Below, in pieces: positions 14,025-25,726 of a stretch of DNA of 64,000 nt (the stretch's first letter is position 1; each line of letters opens with the position of its first letter). Origin of the DNA: Geosiphon pyriformis uo1. Lineage: Eukaryota > Fungi > Glomeromycota. Under the pieces are notes generated by a model. That model was not told the origin of the DNA and did no database searches. It saw nothing but the letters and a program-made list of their open reading frames with translations. Made by a program: the position numbers and the translations under genes. Where the stretch lies: NCBI GenBank assembly GCA_016748015.1, contig JAAOMT010000480.1, forward strand, positions 682,001-746,000. The letters run 5' to 3'.

Positions 14025-15181
14025 ATGAACCGCTTTTCACATTTGGTAGCGCTTTTATCAAAGAAAAAGGTCTTTGAAAGCAAAATACTGAAATTCACTG
14101 ATTTTCTTGGAAAGAAAAGTGAATGCTTATAATTCCCTTTTTCCTGTGGGTAATAGCTCGGAGCAACAACACTTGCTCCCCATTATTGGTCATCTCTTAA
14201 TACTGCAGGCCTTACTGGGCTTGTGCTTTTAGTTCCTATAGCTTATTCAAATCCTATTGCCCACGCTGAACCAGAAAATTCAAAAACAAGCTCAAAGGTA
14301 CGGTATTTTTCCCAGAATTATTCCTTAAGGGATTTAACTTCTTTGGCTTGATACATCTACCATCCAAACACCTGATATTCAATATGACCGTAGTTAAAGA
14401 TTTATGATGATCCAAAACCGGATATAGTTCTTGTAGAAACCCCTACTCGATTGGAGCGGACAATCCGAGAAATGCGAATTCATGCTACAAACAGAATAAA
14501 GAAGATCCAAGTAAGCCAATTAAATTTCCTTTTCAGCACCTATTTGGGAAAAGGGTTGCTCGTTACATTCAAGGGAAGGATAGGTCGTTTTATGATTTGA
14601 AATATATAGGACCAGTTCCAAGAGGGTACTGATCGTTGGATTTCATTTGAACAAAAAGCTGAAAGTAAGAACTTTGCAATTTTGAGTGACATTTCTTCAA
14701 TGAATCTACAAATTCATAATTTTATTTGTCTTTTTATCTTAAAGGTAATATTAAGGAGGTTATTTCACCAAATGAACGCCTGATGCCTGAAACTTTGTAC
14801 ATTGCTGTTGCTGCATTGGCGGGAACAGTCTTATCGGGGAACCGTAAGCCAATAAACAATGACTATTTTGATATTTGGCTATAAAATTAACTCTGCTTTT
14901 TTGTCATATTTTAAGGGGGCATTATTATGCGTATAGCATCCCCAATTGGATTTACTATTGCGGCCTCTTATTATTTTCTACCCCGAACTTCACGTAATAT
15001 TGCTATCAAGCTCGCAGAGTATGAGCAAAAATCGCCTAAACTCATGAGGATACACAATTCCATTTCTCAAACTGCTAACGAGTCAAAACAAAAGATTGAT
15101 GAGGGTGTGACAAAACTAAGGAGTCTCTTTGATGGCAGAGCAGAGAAAATTAAGCAAGAGGCAAAAAAGTATTGGAAATAA
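14025..15181 (+). CDS. MICOS subunit Mic26/Mic27 (apolipoprotein O family), multi-exon
   Basis: Spliced: LKIYDDP...ETPTRLERTIREMR...RWISFEQKAE...ERLMPETLYIAVAALAGTVL...RIASPIGFTIAASYYFLPRTSRN, two adjacent hydrophobic helices typical of ApoO/Mic26-27. Start codon approximate. Confidence 0.82.
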
Positions 15182-15702
15182 AATATCCAACTCAAACGCG
15201 CAATCATTAGAAGAAAAATCCAAAGCTCCAGATAAATTTTAATTTGTTTTTTATTTTGAATATTAGTCCTATTTAAGAAAACTAAGTTGGGAATTTCACG
15301 CGAAAAAAATTTAAATATATTGCTGTACATGAAATAAGGCTGTTTTGCGTTCCTTGGATTGATAAAATTATTTGAGGCTCGCGATCGCTGTGTAGATACT
15401 CTTAAGGCGTAATAATAGATCCTATCTTAAATATAGAGCGAAAGCTTTCGATAAATAAAAGTTCCTATTAAATGATTTCTGATTAGATTTTATTACAAAA
15501 TTAAAAAGTTTGATTTTTATAGTTCTCGTATTGCCTCGGTCAAGAATTATCTTCAACTGACTTTAAGCTTTTCAAAAACCAATTAGCATGATCAATGTCC
15601 GTCCTTGTGAATTGGCCTTTTTACCGGTTACCCCAACTTGGGATTTCCATCCGTCTCATAACCAAGAGACTGCTTAAGGTTGTTTTTAATGAAATTAAAC
15701 TT

Positions 15703-17465
15703 TTATGGGTTTTCTCTATCCAATTCCATCTCGGATAATTTTGAAATTACACTCGAGTCATTATCACCAATTGACCGAGTCAGTTCAACAGTTGACTCCT
15801 TTTTATTGGAGCCATTGGTTTCCAATGGTTGTGATAGGAGTTTCAACGTTCTATCAATATCGCCGTTGGTTTTTTTCAAAGCATGTTCGACATCAGGTTT
15901 TGAAAAACCCATTTCGATAAATTGTTCAATGAGAACTAAGGGTGGTTTATACCATCGATCCAAAGTTGTCTGCCGGTATTTCCGCGAAAACCTTAGTGGT
16001 GATGAGCCACCATGACCAAAACCTTTGCTAGAGGTTACTGTTGGAAATCTAGATTCTTGAAGAGGCTCTCCTTGTTTAGCCATCTGTGAACGCGGTGATG
16101 AGAACAATCCCTTGCTGCCACTTATGTTACCTCGTTCATTGTCTCCACTTGATTTATATTGCGATGAAGAGGACGATGATGGATGAGGTTGGCGACGTAC
16201 TCTAAACTCATTCCTATTCTCCCGTTTTTCTTCTTTGTCGTGAGGAATTGATTGTTTCCCATGTTGCCTCTGATTTTGATTATTACCAAATTGATAGGTC
16301 CCTTGTGAATTTCTCTGTGGTTTTGGTTCATCGACAATCTCAACTCCTCCAGTAGCTAACCCTTTGGCAAATTTTTGCTCGAAAGGATAAAGATTTCCAT
16401 TAGGATTATGCTGTTTGCTGGTATTTGCGTCATCAAAGATAGCAAAGGAAATATGGCGATAGGTACAAGGCAAGCTTTCACCACCACCGGCATATTCATT
16501 AGAGAGAACCTCATAAAAGAGTTGAGCCATTGTCCTCGGTGGATTTGAATATGCACCGCAGCCAAAAGCACTAAGTACAATGGCATCATGGCCTTCGAGT
16601 GATAACATTAAATTAAACTCGGAAAGAATTGGTCACCTAAAGAAATGCAAGCGGGCTGAACTCCTGCAATTACCATTTTCTAATCCAATATTTAGGATAG
16701 TTTTAATCTTTTTTCTTGTCGATTCTTTTATATCAGTTGTTAAAGTAAAATCACCAGTTGAATCCTTGACGATTTTAGGATTTTTTACTGCGGCTACCGC
16801 CTTGATAAATATACAAAAAATATAAGACTTATTTATTAATTGATCATCAGCTTAAATATATGTATAAAAATATATATACCACAAAAGACATCGTTTCTGG
16901 GACTTCCAACCATTCATAACCTTCTTGTTCACTTCCTCGGATCACTAGAGCATTCGGACAGTAGATTCCGCCGAATTCTGGGATAGGATACCAATCATCA
17001 CGTTTAGGTTCGTGATATTGAAAAAGATTTGTTCTGCGGAATAGATTTTCTTCTTGTGCTCCAGCTCCAGCTTTGTATCCTATATGCAAGCATATCTGTA
17101 ATGATAAATTCGAAGGGCTAACTATGAAGCAAGGGCAGGGAAAGAATAAGAATTTGAGCAAAACCTCCACCCGGTTTTCGCGCGCTGGCCATATTCAAAA
17201 CGACGGGATTAAATCCCTGGTTCTTCAACTCCAATGCTTCCAATAAGCAATCACCGTTCACTACCCTCACAACTGGAATTTCTTGTTTCTCTGTAACAAT
17301 TCTCCTGGATAAAATAGAACCATCGTGGTAAAGTTTCATGTTTTGAATTCCGGCAAATCGTTCTGGATCCAGAACTACTACTTTATTAATCTTGGGGATA
17401 GAATATCGGAGAGCTTTTACAGCTTGAATGGTACCCTCTTGAATTTCTTTCCGCCATTTATTCAT
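15703..17465 (-). CDS. Bacterial-type poly(ADP-ribose) glycohydrolase (DUF2263/TIGR02452 macrodomain family) with C-terminal PIP-box-like motif and UBA domain
   Basis: VLNMASARKPGGG-YKAGAGA-QEENLFRRTNL after splicing fits the GGG-X6-8-QEE signature; IVLSAFGCGAYSNPP; tail contains QTTLDRWY and IEQFIEMGFSKPDVEHALKKTNGDIDRTLKLL. Extra 5' or 3' exons are possible. Confidence 0.88.
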
Positions 17466-18435
17466 TTTTAATATTTTATATTGAAAGGATTTATCAGACC
17501 TACTTTATCACAATACAGTAAACAAAGTGCAGGTCAATATATCTATAAAAGTTTTCTTTTGTCTCTGCTACTAAATTAGTTACAGAGGGAATAGAAATTT
17601 CATATCATATAAAGTTCAAAAGGAAACAATTTTTATTACGAAGGGAAATACCAGACTTTATTGTTATTAACAATTTTTTATTAAATTCACTGTTTTAAAG
17701 ATATTTGCATATATAATTTAATTATTGCGTTTAATTACATTTGTGAATTGTTAAATAATAATAATAAAAATAAAAATAATTAAACATTGGATAATAAAAA
17801 TATTAAATAATATAAAAAATTATAAAACAAATATTTTATTTTTATTTTTGAATGTAAAATTTTAATCAAAAATTTAATTAATTAATAAATTTGTTTTTTT
17901 AATAAAAAATAAAAAATACAAAACTTGAATAATAAAATATATAGTTTATAAATTATTTAAGACCACACTTTGTCAAAGCAATAAAATGCAAAAATTATAT
18001 GCTTGAAAATTGTGCATATATTTGTTTTAGAAATTACCAAAATAATGCGAAATTTTTATTGTTTTTAAAAATATTTGGTTTTTGATATATAAATGCTATA
18101 CATAATTTTTAACATTAGATAATTAATAAACAATAATCTTCTGCATATGATGTTTTACACACGAGTTTCAAAACTTTCTTATTCAACAAAATTGGACAAT
18201 CTTCCATTTCGGACATTTGCGCTGATAAAACCTTCAAATAATAGTCTCCTTGTCACTCTAAAGCTCTTAACAGTAGGGTATTTGGGTGCAATTAGATTTT
18301 TTTAGATGTAAAAGAACTGTCCGACTTTCTGAAAACAAGAAATACTTTTAATTTTCACCCCAAAGGTGCAGCGCAAAGCTGAAAATTCCCTTAATATTGT
18401 TAACCTCCGAATAGATTTGAATAATACACTTAAAA

Positions 18436-20244
18436 ATGAGAAATAGAGCTATATTCTTATGTGTTGTTATGCTCGTAGCGATGGTATGTTTATTAATTTA
18501 TACCGATAAGTTAGCGGTATCACGCGACAGCATGACCAGCCTCCCGGAATCCCTAGTTAATGAAAATATCATTTTGCCGTCAGAGACAAATGAAAAAGTG
18601 CTACCTCTCTATACCCCATCATCTAATTTTCAGGAACCGACTAAAACTGTTGAGAGCTGGCGAGATGTTGAAATCAATACCATATCACCACAACCTGATA
18701 ATGAATTGATATCGGTTGATGATAATGAATCTGACAAAGAAGAGCAACATGATACAGATGAAACTAGTTCTAACCAAGATGATGATTTCAGGTACGATTA
18801 TGACGATGGAGAGGTTTTTGAGGGAGAAGACAACACTTCTGACAATCAGGTTAATAAAACCGAAGAAACAAACCATTCTGAAAATCAGGGAAACAATAAA
18901 AAAATACCAAAGCCTCCGATTCTTCCAATAAAAAGCACATTAAGACCAGGTGGTGGTCCTTTTCCTAAACCCGAATACACTATACCTGAAGATAGCCCGC
19001 CAGCACAAGATGGTGAAAAATATTTGGCATACCTCGTACATGGTCAATTTAACAATCAACAAGTCTCGCTGCGAAACGCCTTGCTATTGGCTAAATATCT
19101 AGGTCGTACATTAATCATTCCACCAATAATTTTTGGCGAAAAAAATCCATGGAAGCCATTTGACATTCTCTATAAAAGGATTACAAAACTCAACAAAAAT
19201 GGTCTGGAAAAATGTCCAGCTGCATTGAAGTATAGTAAAAATCCACCAAAAGAATGTGATAATTATAATTCTTGGACGAAAATTCAATGGGATGAATTCT
19301 TCAATCTGAAACCGTTCACCGAAAAGTTAAATATAACTTTTATTCTTGCTGAAGATTTTAAATTGGAATGGTTGAAGAGACGAATTGGAGTCAAAGATAA
19401 AGAAATATTTTTCTTCAAAGATAACAATCCACAAGGCTTGAGATTTTATGATAAACCTACAAGCCAAAAACTACTTGGGAAATTCGCAACTCGTATGGAT
19501 ATCGATTATCTAAAGAAATGGCCGCATAAGCTTCTCTATTTTGAAACATTGTTTTCTACTGGACGTGTTCTCTCGGAAATACCAGAAAACGAACAACTTC
19601 GTAAAAATATTGAAGCTCAGTTTGTATATACCCACCCTCGGGTCGTTTCCACGGCAAATGAAATTGTTGAAAGGATAGGTGGTAAAGGCGCCTATGTTGG
19701 AATGCATGTACGAATGGGAGATGCCAAATTTCTGGAACATTCAAATGACACCATTCGAGTATTTATCGAGAATTTACAAACCGTTGGAAAAAATTATAAA
19801 AATTTACATTTAATAGAGAATCATTTTAATGATTCTGATTTTGATGAAGAGCTGGATGATCAATATCGAATTAATTCGTCACCCGAATCTGATCCCCAAT
19901 TTAATTCAGCCCAAGATTGTCTCGGTCGTTTTGACCCAGATAAAAACACTCTGATATACATGGCGACTGACCTTCCAAGCCCACGGGATAATGAAGGCTA
20001 TGAAAAGTTATATGAAAAGTATCCCTGCATATTGACGTTATCAGATTTCGAGATATATTTGGAGAAACTAAAGTTTGAAGTAAACCCAATAGATTCAACA
20101 CCCCTCAAAGATTTTTTAATCCCAATGGTGGATATGATTGTTGCTGCTAAAGGGTATCCATTTATTCAAACGCATGATAGCACTTTTTCAAAATTTGCGA
20201 AAATTTTAAATGAGATATATATGCAGGAAGATGAAACCAAGTAA
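18436..20244 (+). CDS. GDP-fucose protein O-fucosyltransferase-family glycosyltransferase (type II membrane protein, intronless, 602 aa)
   Basis: N-terminal TM anchor, acidic stem, then HGQFNNQ..SLRNALLLAKYLGRTLIIP, YVGMHVRMGD, IYMATD and VDMIVAAKG..FIQTHDSTFS. Confidence 0.85.
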   Translation: MRNRAIFLCVVMLVAMVCLLIYTDKLAVSRDSMTSLPESLVNENIILPSETNEKVLPLYTPSSNFQEPTKTVESWRDVEINTISPQPDNELISVDDNESDKEEQHDTDETSSNQDDDFRYDYDDGEVFEGEDNTSDNQVNKTEETNHSENQGNNKKIPKPPILPIKSTLRPGGGPFPKPEYTIPEDSPPAQDGEKYLAYLVHGQFNNQQVSLRNALLLAKYLGRTLIIPPIIFGEKNPWKPFDILYKRITKLNKNGLEKCPAALKYSKNPPKECDNYNSWTKIQWDEFFNLKPFTEKLNITFILAEDFKLEWLKRRIGVKDKEIFFFKDNNPQGLRFYDKPTSQKLLGKFATRMDIDYLKKWPHKLLYFETLFSTGRVLSEIPENEQLRKNIEAQFVYTHPRVVSTANEIVERIGGKGAYVGMHVRMGDAKFLEHSNDTIRVFIENLQTVGKNYKNLHLIENHFNDSDFDEELDDQYRINSSPESDPQFNSAQDCLGRFDPDKNTLIYMATDLPSPRDNEGYEKLYEKYPCILTLSDFEIYLEKLKFEVNPIDSTPLKDFLIPMVDMIVAAKGYPFIQTHDSTFSKFAKILNEIYMQEDETK

Positions 20245-20429
20245 ATCAATGAATTTGTTCAAAAAAAATAGTAATTTTCCCATTTATTCATTTCCCGATA
20301 CACGTATTCATTATAAATAGAAATCTAAATCACAACTTCAATCAGTATTACACATGCAATCCTTGAGGGTGAAAATAAAGGCTTTGTCTTTTGTAATTTG
20401 TAAGCTAGCAGAAAATTATGCTATACACC

Positions 20430-21940
20430 TAAGAGCGAGAGCGTTCCTTTAACCTTTGACATAAAATGAGATTTTATGCGCTGAGCATGTTTCTTTTCCG
20501 GAGATGTGCTTCAAATTACGGTTGTACTTTTCATTCAGCATATTGTATTATAGGGCTATTATCATCGGATTTCTGATAAGTTGCCAGGAATAAGATCGCA
20601 ACTAACCGGTTGATTAAAACCTACTCTCTAGTCTTTCAGGGGTCTATCGTTTGATTCATCCTCTTTTGGAACCATTTTAGGCGAGAAATTTTATTATCTT
20701 TTCTAAATAGTTTTACACTCTGCAGATGCACAAAATCCTTCGTCGTATGCGTGGTCACCGGACCCGCGTTTCTTGCGCTTTGAAGTAAAGTCAGCCAGTT
20801 AGATTTTTTTCAAAATGAAGACAATATTATTTATAAAGGGGAATACCAGTGAAGAGTGTGTGAAGGCCAATAGAGACTGCATGAATAGGGCTGTCCGCTT
20901 TTTCGCAAACTATCTATGCGTTTCATATACCCAGGAGAACGTCTATTCGTTTGTTTGTCGAGAATATTTAAGTTTCCCGTCACACGTAATCTTGTGCAGA
21001 TAGGGTCACTGCGCGTAGTTTCGAAGTGGAGAGGCAATAGAACGCGTTTATTCTTATTATGAAATTAAAAAATCTACTCCTGGATATTTTTTAAAAACTA
21101 AAATCCTTGCTTTATGTCGATTTGCGTAGGCATGCATTGGTGGATGTGAAAATACGAGACATAGAAATTATGATGACTGGAAAGAAAGATCGTACCTTGT
21201 CGCTGTATATCACGTCTTGCGCTGTCAATGGCTTCAGTAATATTAGCAGGAGCCTACATAAATAATCTCGTAAGAACATGCCAAGACGAGACTACAAAAA
21301 TTTCGTTTGAAATGCCCTAGGCTTCAGCCATTTCTTTTTCGTAGTGGGATTTTGCCTGTTTACTGGGCTCTCTTCTTTGTCTAGTTGCTCGCTGTCTTTG
21401 CATGCTGCAAATGAGGACGGTGTTGATGGCAAGAATATCTTGGGAAAGCTCGTGCTCATCGTAGAAGAAAACCACGAGCTTTGCAGAATGGATATGTAGG
21501 TCTAAGGCAAAGCTGCAGAGACGGTCGCGATGAGTAACAGTAATTTCTGAGGCCAATAGGGCCTTAAGTCCTAGGGACTTTTGTCGTCCGAGACCCTTTC
21601 TTGGTAGCACGGGAAAAAGGAGTTGAGATTTACCGTCACGAGTTTTATTAAGTTGTTTGATTGATAAGCATTACTAAATCCATCCCACAGTCTCCTTCCA
21701 TCCTCTGAAATTAGATATAAACCTCGAGGCAAGAATTAAAATTTCCCCACTTCATTCAGTAGGAAACTTTACCTGTATTTGTTGACCTAGTGTCTTCAAA
21801 ACAGATAATTTTTCATATGATGATATATGAGGGAATATTTAATCTGACTTAATCTGATTAAGGAAAATCCTCGGCCGCGACAGCCGCTTTCTGACCAAAG
21901 AAGTGTTTTACTGAATGAAGTAATATCCTATGGGGTTATT
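20430..21940 (+). ncRNA. Candidate long structured non-coding RNA (family unidentified)
   Basis: About 1.5 kb between convergent genes with no credible ORF, more G+C than other intergenic DNA, and many local and long-range inverted repeats whose G-U pairs favour the plus strand. Boundaries approximate. Confidence 0.35.
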
Positions 21941-22308
21941 AAATCTCTGTTTAATAATAAAAAAGGGATACTAAATGCAGATTCAAGTGTAACTTGTTAA
22001 AATTCAATGTGACCTTCTAAATGTAAAGTGATATCTTTTGACGTCTTTAATTCTTTCATTATAAAATCTGCTTATAATACAAACTATCAAAATGAAATAA
22101 GATTTTTTCCCACACATTTTGATGAAACCGTCACATCCAGGATCAGTCTAGATATTTTATGAAGGCCTTTGTTTCCTGGGACAGTTCGTTGCTTATTTGT
22201 TTAAATATAGAACCGTAAAGGGCTAATATTTGAAGATGAACATAGAGCAGATGAAACTGCTAATTATCCGATATCGCAAATTCCTAATCAAAAATTGTAC
22301 ATGAAATT

Positions 22309-25300
22309 TCATGTGCTTATATTAGTAACAGTATCAGTCGGATTAATTTGCCCTAATTCACCATCGAATCCTATTCCTTTTACTAATCGTTTCTTCTTCC
22401 ATGAACCATCGCCGTACTGTGCATCCCATTTTCGTAATTCCGTCAAACTTGACATGTCTTCTGAACATGATGGAGTAACTTGCTTGAGAGCAAGTTGAAA
22501 ATGATGTGGTTCGAGAACCCTAATTTTAATTTCCTCCGTGCTATCTGGTTTCTCATTTTTTGATATTGGTTTTTTGACGTTTGGTTCCTCTAGCTCCGCA
22601 TCCTCTCGAACTGCTGCCAGAGCGGCACTAATACATAGATTTTTCAGATCTGAGCCCGAATACAGATTAGTCTTTTTTGCGATAGTTGATATTGATAAAG
22701 AGGGACCTAGTTTTTCCTCTCGCAGGTGTAAGTTCAATATCTGTTCGCGGTCTTTTTCTGTGGGCAAGTCAACTTGAATAAAATATATAGAAAATAGGGA
22801 AATGAATAATAATTTCAGATAATTTCAAATGAAAACTGACGTTAGCAAACCTAAAATCCTTCGCGGCATTCTTCGGAGAATAGCATCATCCAAATCAAAT
22901 GGCCGATTTGTTGCACCCATTATCAAAACACCTTGATTTTGCGATGTCAGGCCGTCCCATTCAGCCATAAATTGGTTGATTATTTCTCGATGAGACCCAT
23001 TATGATGGTCTGATCGACGTGAATTGAATATGGCATCAACCTCATCCAGAAACAACACACAAGGTGAAAGTTTTCGCGCCAAGGTGAATATTGCCTATGG
23101 AAATTCAATATTTTTGATCTTGTATATATAAGAGCAAATAGTTTCTTTAAGTTTTTCACAGATTTTTTCATACGCACCCTGACATTCTTTTCTCCTTCTC
23201 CAACGAACATATCATAAATATCACTCGCTTTGATTTCTAAGACCGTGCTACCACTTTCTTTGGCTACTGCTTTGGCCAACATCGTTTTTCCAGTTCCTGG
23301 AGGTCCAAAAAGTAAAACACCCGATATAAAATGTTTTGAGAGTACACCATAGCTGAATGATTTGGGTCGAAGTAGTGGCAAAGTAATAAGTGTTTGGAGA
23401 GTTTGTACAGTTGACTTGGCCACATGAATATCCGAAAATCCAACCCTAATATTATCTTTAAGGCAGTGTTTCGAAGAAAAAAGCGTTTCTATCCGGTCAG
23501 GGAAAATCTTTTAAGATCCCGGGGATAGGATAGTATAAATGTAATACCTGACTCCACCACACAACTCAAAATCCGTCTTTCGTGTCGATCAAGGTCCTCT
23601 TTATTTAAATTTTTCCGCCCTGGCAAACTTATCTTCTCCTCCCCTAGGCCGACAACGGTTACAATCTTTTCTACACCCTTACTCGCAGAATTGCAGTTAC
23701 TTGAGGCATTTTCCACAAATTCTTTGCGCATGTTTTGGTTGCTTTTTAAAGTTTCTGATGCAGTTACAAGATGTTCAATGTCCAAAGCAAGAACCCCATT
23801 TGTTTCCATAACATTTTCGTGATCCAGTGCAATGCCAATAGCATTTAACACTAGTCTATGAACTTGTTCAAAACCCCATACATCATTTCCAATATTTTCT
23901 AATTTATCAAGTAACTGAGCAAGCTCTTCGATGTCATTTTCCTTAAACAGAACTCCCTTGCTTACACTGACAGCTCTTATGTTACGAGCATTCATTTTGC
24001 GTATGGTCAATCTTTTGTCCTCGGTAATCAAATTTATCAGTTTGTCCGAAAACACTTTCAATGGAGAAGGTGGAATGGCTATGTGAGTGAAAGGAACTAG
24101 CAAAGCCGGATTGGGAAAAATATCTAAATTTACCCATTGTACTTCATGCGGGACCAAAGAATTTGATGGTTGAGATTTTTTCTCCATTGCGAATAAAGAT
24201 GGAGAGTGCCCAGCTATGATCATAATTCTATCACCCATGCTTCGCTGATTTTGTACGGCGTCAACTAATGAATTGATGAGGGCAGTCCCAAAGTTGGTTG
24301 GGATAAGGTCGCCTACATCTCTGAAATAGACAATCCTAGGTGTAAGAATCGCCTCTGCAGCTTCTGAGGCTGCAAGAGCAGAAATTGAGGTGGCTGATAT
24401 CAATGCTTCAAAGAATTTATCCATTTTCTCGATTATTTGCTTCATTTCTCCTCGCAAAACCCCAGTAGAATTTGAATTGAATTGAAATGTTTCTCCAAAA
24501 GTCTTGTTTTCATATCCTGTATTACGTGAAGTGGAAGATTCAAAACCTTCTTCATCATCTACAAATATATCATCTTCAATTTCCTCCTCATTTGAAACTG
24601 AAGATGTAGTAGAATAAGGAGAGGCAGAAATATAGGGGTTAAACCCTTTTAAATCGGGAAAGAGGGGCCATGGCGTTGCTATTTGGGAAACTCTTGGTGA
24701 ATTAAAAAATATAATTGGGCAAAATGACTTCATATATGCGTTAAATTATCGATATGAAATTAATTTTATTCATATGTAAATACCATTTCCCTTCCGTGAA
24801 AACATATCGGCAGTCAATTCCATCAAATCCTGGCGATCGAAAATAAGTAAGTCAGCGTGAAGTTTTGACGCCACACATTTTACAATTGTATCTAAATAAG
24901 AGGAGGCCCCTTCTATAGGGCAGTTGAGAAGCAAATGGCCTCGACGAGCAGGCAATGTGTCTCCTTTGGGACATGGCAAGAGACTTGCACGCGCACTATA
25001 TAAAATTTCCCGACGAATGCCAATTTCGAGCGGATATTGAAGAGAGTCAAAGCTATAGGAATTCTGATTAAATGGCAAATAATTTGTTTTTAAAAATGAA
25101 TCGGGAATGAAAGGTTTATAATGAGTTGTGTACGAAGATTTGTGCGGACGTGGGCGCGAGCGTGACGAACCACAAGCTCGTTTTCGTCGTGGTGTCCTTA
25201 GCACAAATTCCGTCACTTCGATCCCACTAGTGTCTTTTGAAGAGAGTGAGTGTGGTTCTTCCGGCGTTCGAGAAGCTTCAGGATCTTCACCACCAGCATT

Positions 25301-25549
25301 TGATACTGGTGAAATTTCCTTTCCCACATTTGAAGCAACTGAATTGTCTTTATTGTTATTATCTGTTACCGGGTGAAGGGGCGAAGCTGAAGTTTTTGGA
25401 GGCTCGCTGGGTGGGGTTGTAAAACTTCTAAGAGAAGTTGAATGGAATCCCTTGTACCTATTCGTGCTATTCAGACTGCTTTTGTAAAAGCCCTTTGCTC
25501 TCCAAGCATTGAGTGTACTTTGCGAAACTCTCGTCAAGTGTCTGTGCAT
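22309..25549 (-). CDS. Large AAA+ ATPase, Msp1/ATAD1/spastin-related, probably mitochondrial (5 exons)
   Basis: Walker A GVLLFGPPGTGKT, Walker B VLFLDEVD, SRH GATNRPFDLDDAILRR, lid YSGSDLKNLC. Arg/Ser-rich, acid-free N-terminus. Confidence 0.92.
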
Positions 25550-25616
25550 TGCGCCAGTATGGAAAGTCCTCTTTTGCGAGAGTCGTGGACTTGGTAAAAT
25601 CTGCGTAACTTTGAAT

Positions 25617-25633
25617 TGTCAGATATATGATGT
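25617..25633 (+). promoter_or_regulatory. Candidate cis-element TGTCAGATATATG(T/A)TGT in the AAA-ATPase/RPL14 divergent promoter
   Basis: 16/17 identical to 13995-14011. Confidence 0.35.
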
Positions 25634-25726
25634 GTAACAGCATTTGATCTGATTGGATATACAGACTTTTTGTTCGACATTTTTTTTACTTTCTTTTTCG
25701 AATCCGCTTACATACATTTCGCAAAG

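Noticed and set aside
15703-20244. Recent bacterial horizontal transfer of the PARG or the intronless glycosyltransferase
   Set aside because: The PARG has spliceosomal introns and eukaryotic modules, both families occur widely in fungi, and composition matches neighbouring genes.
20815-21610. Short ORFs 20815-21003, 20831-21037 and 21317-21610
   Set aside because: No recognisable motifs and no consistent exon chain.
21817-21894. ATGATGA...CTGA spacing like a box C/D snoRNA
   Set aside because: I could not match either guide segment to rRNA or snRNA from memory, and box C sits in a competing hairpin. Left as part of the larger ncRNA candidate.
21845-21900. Resemblance to the U12 snRNA 5' end (TGACTTAATCTGATTAAGGAAAAT plus a small hairpin)
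   Set aside because: The branch-pairing and U6atac-pairing bases differ, there is no Sm site and no CUACUUU terminal loop.
22516-22523. AACCCTAA telomerase-template-like octamer
   Set aside because: Lies within the AAA ATPase coding exon on the opposite strand; expected by chance.
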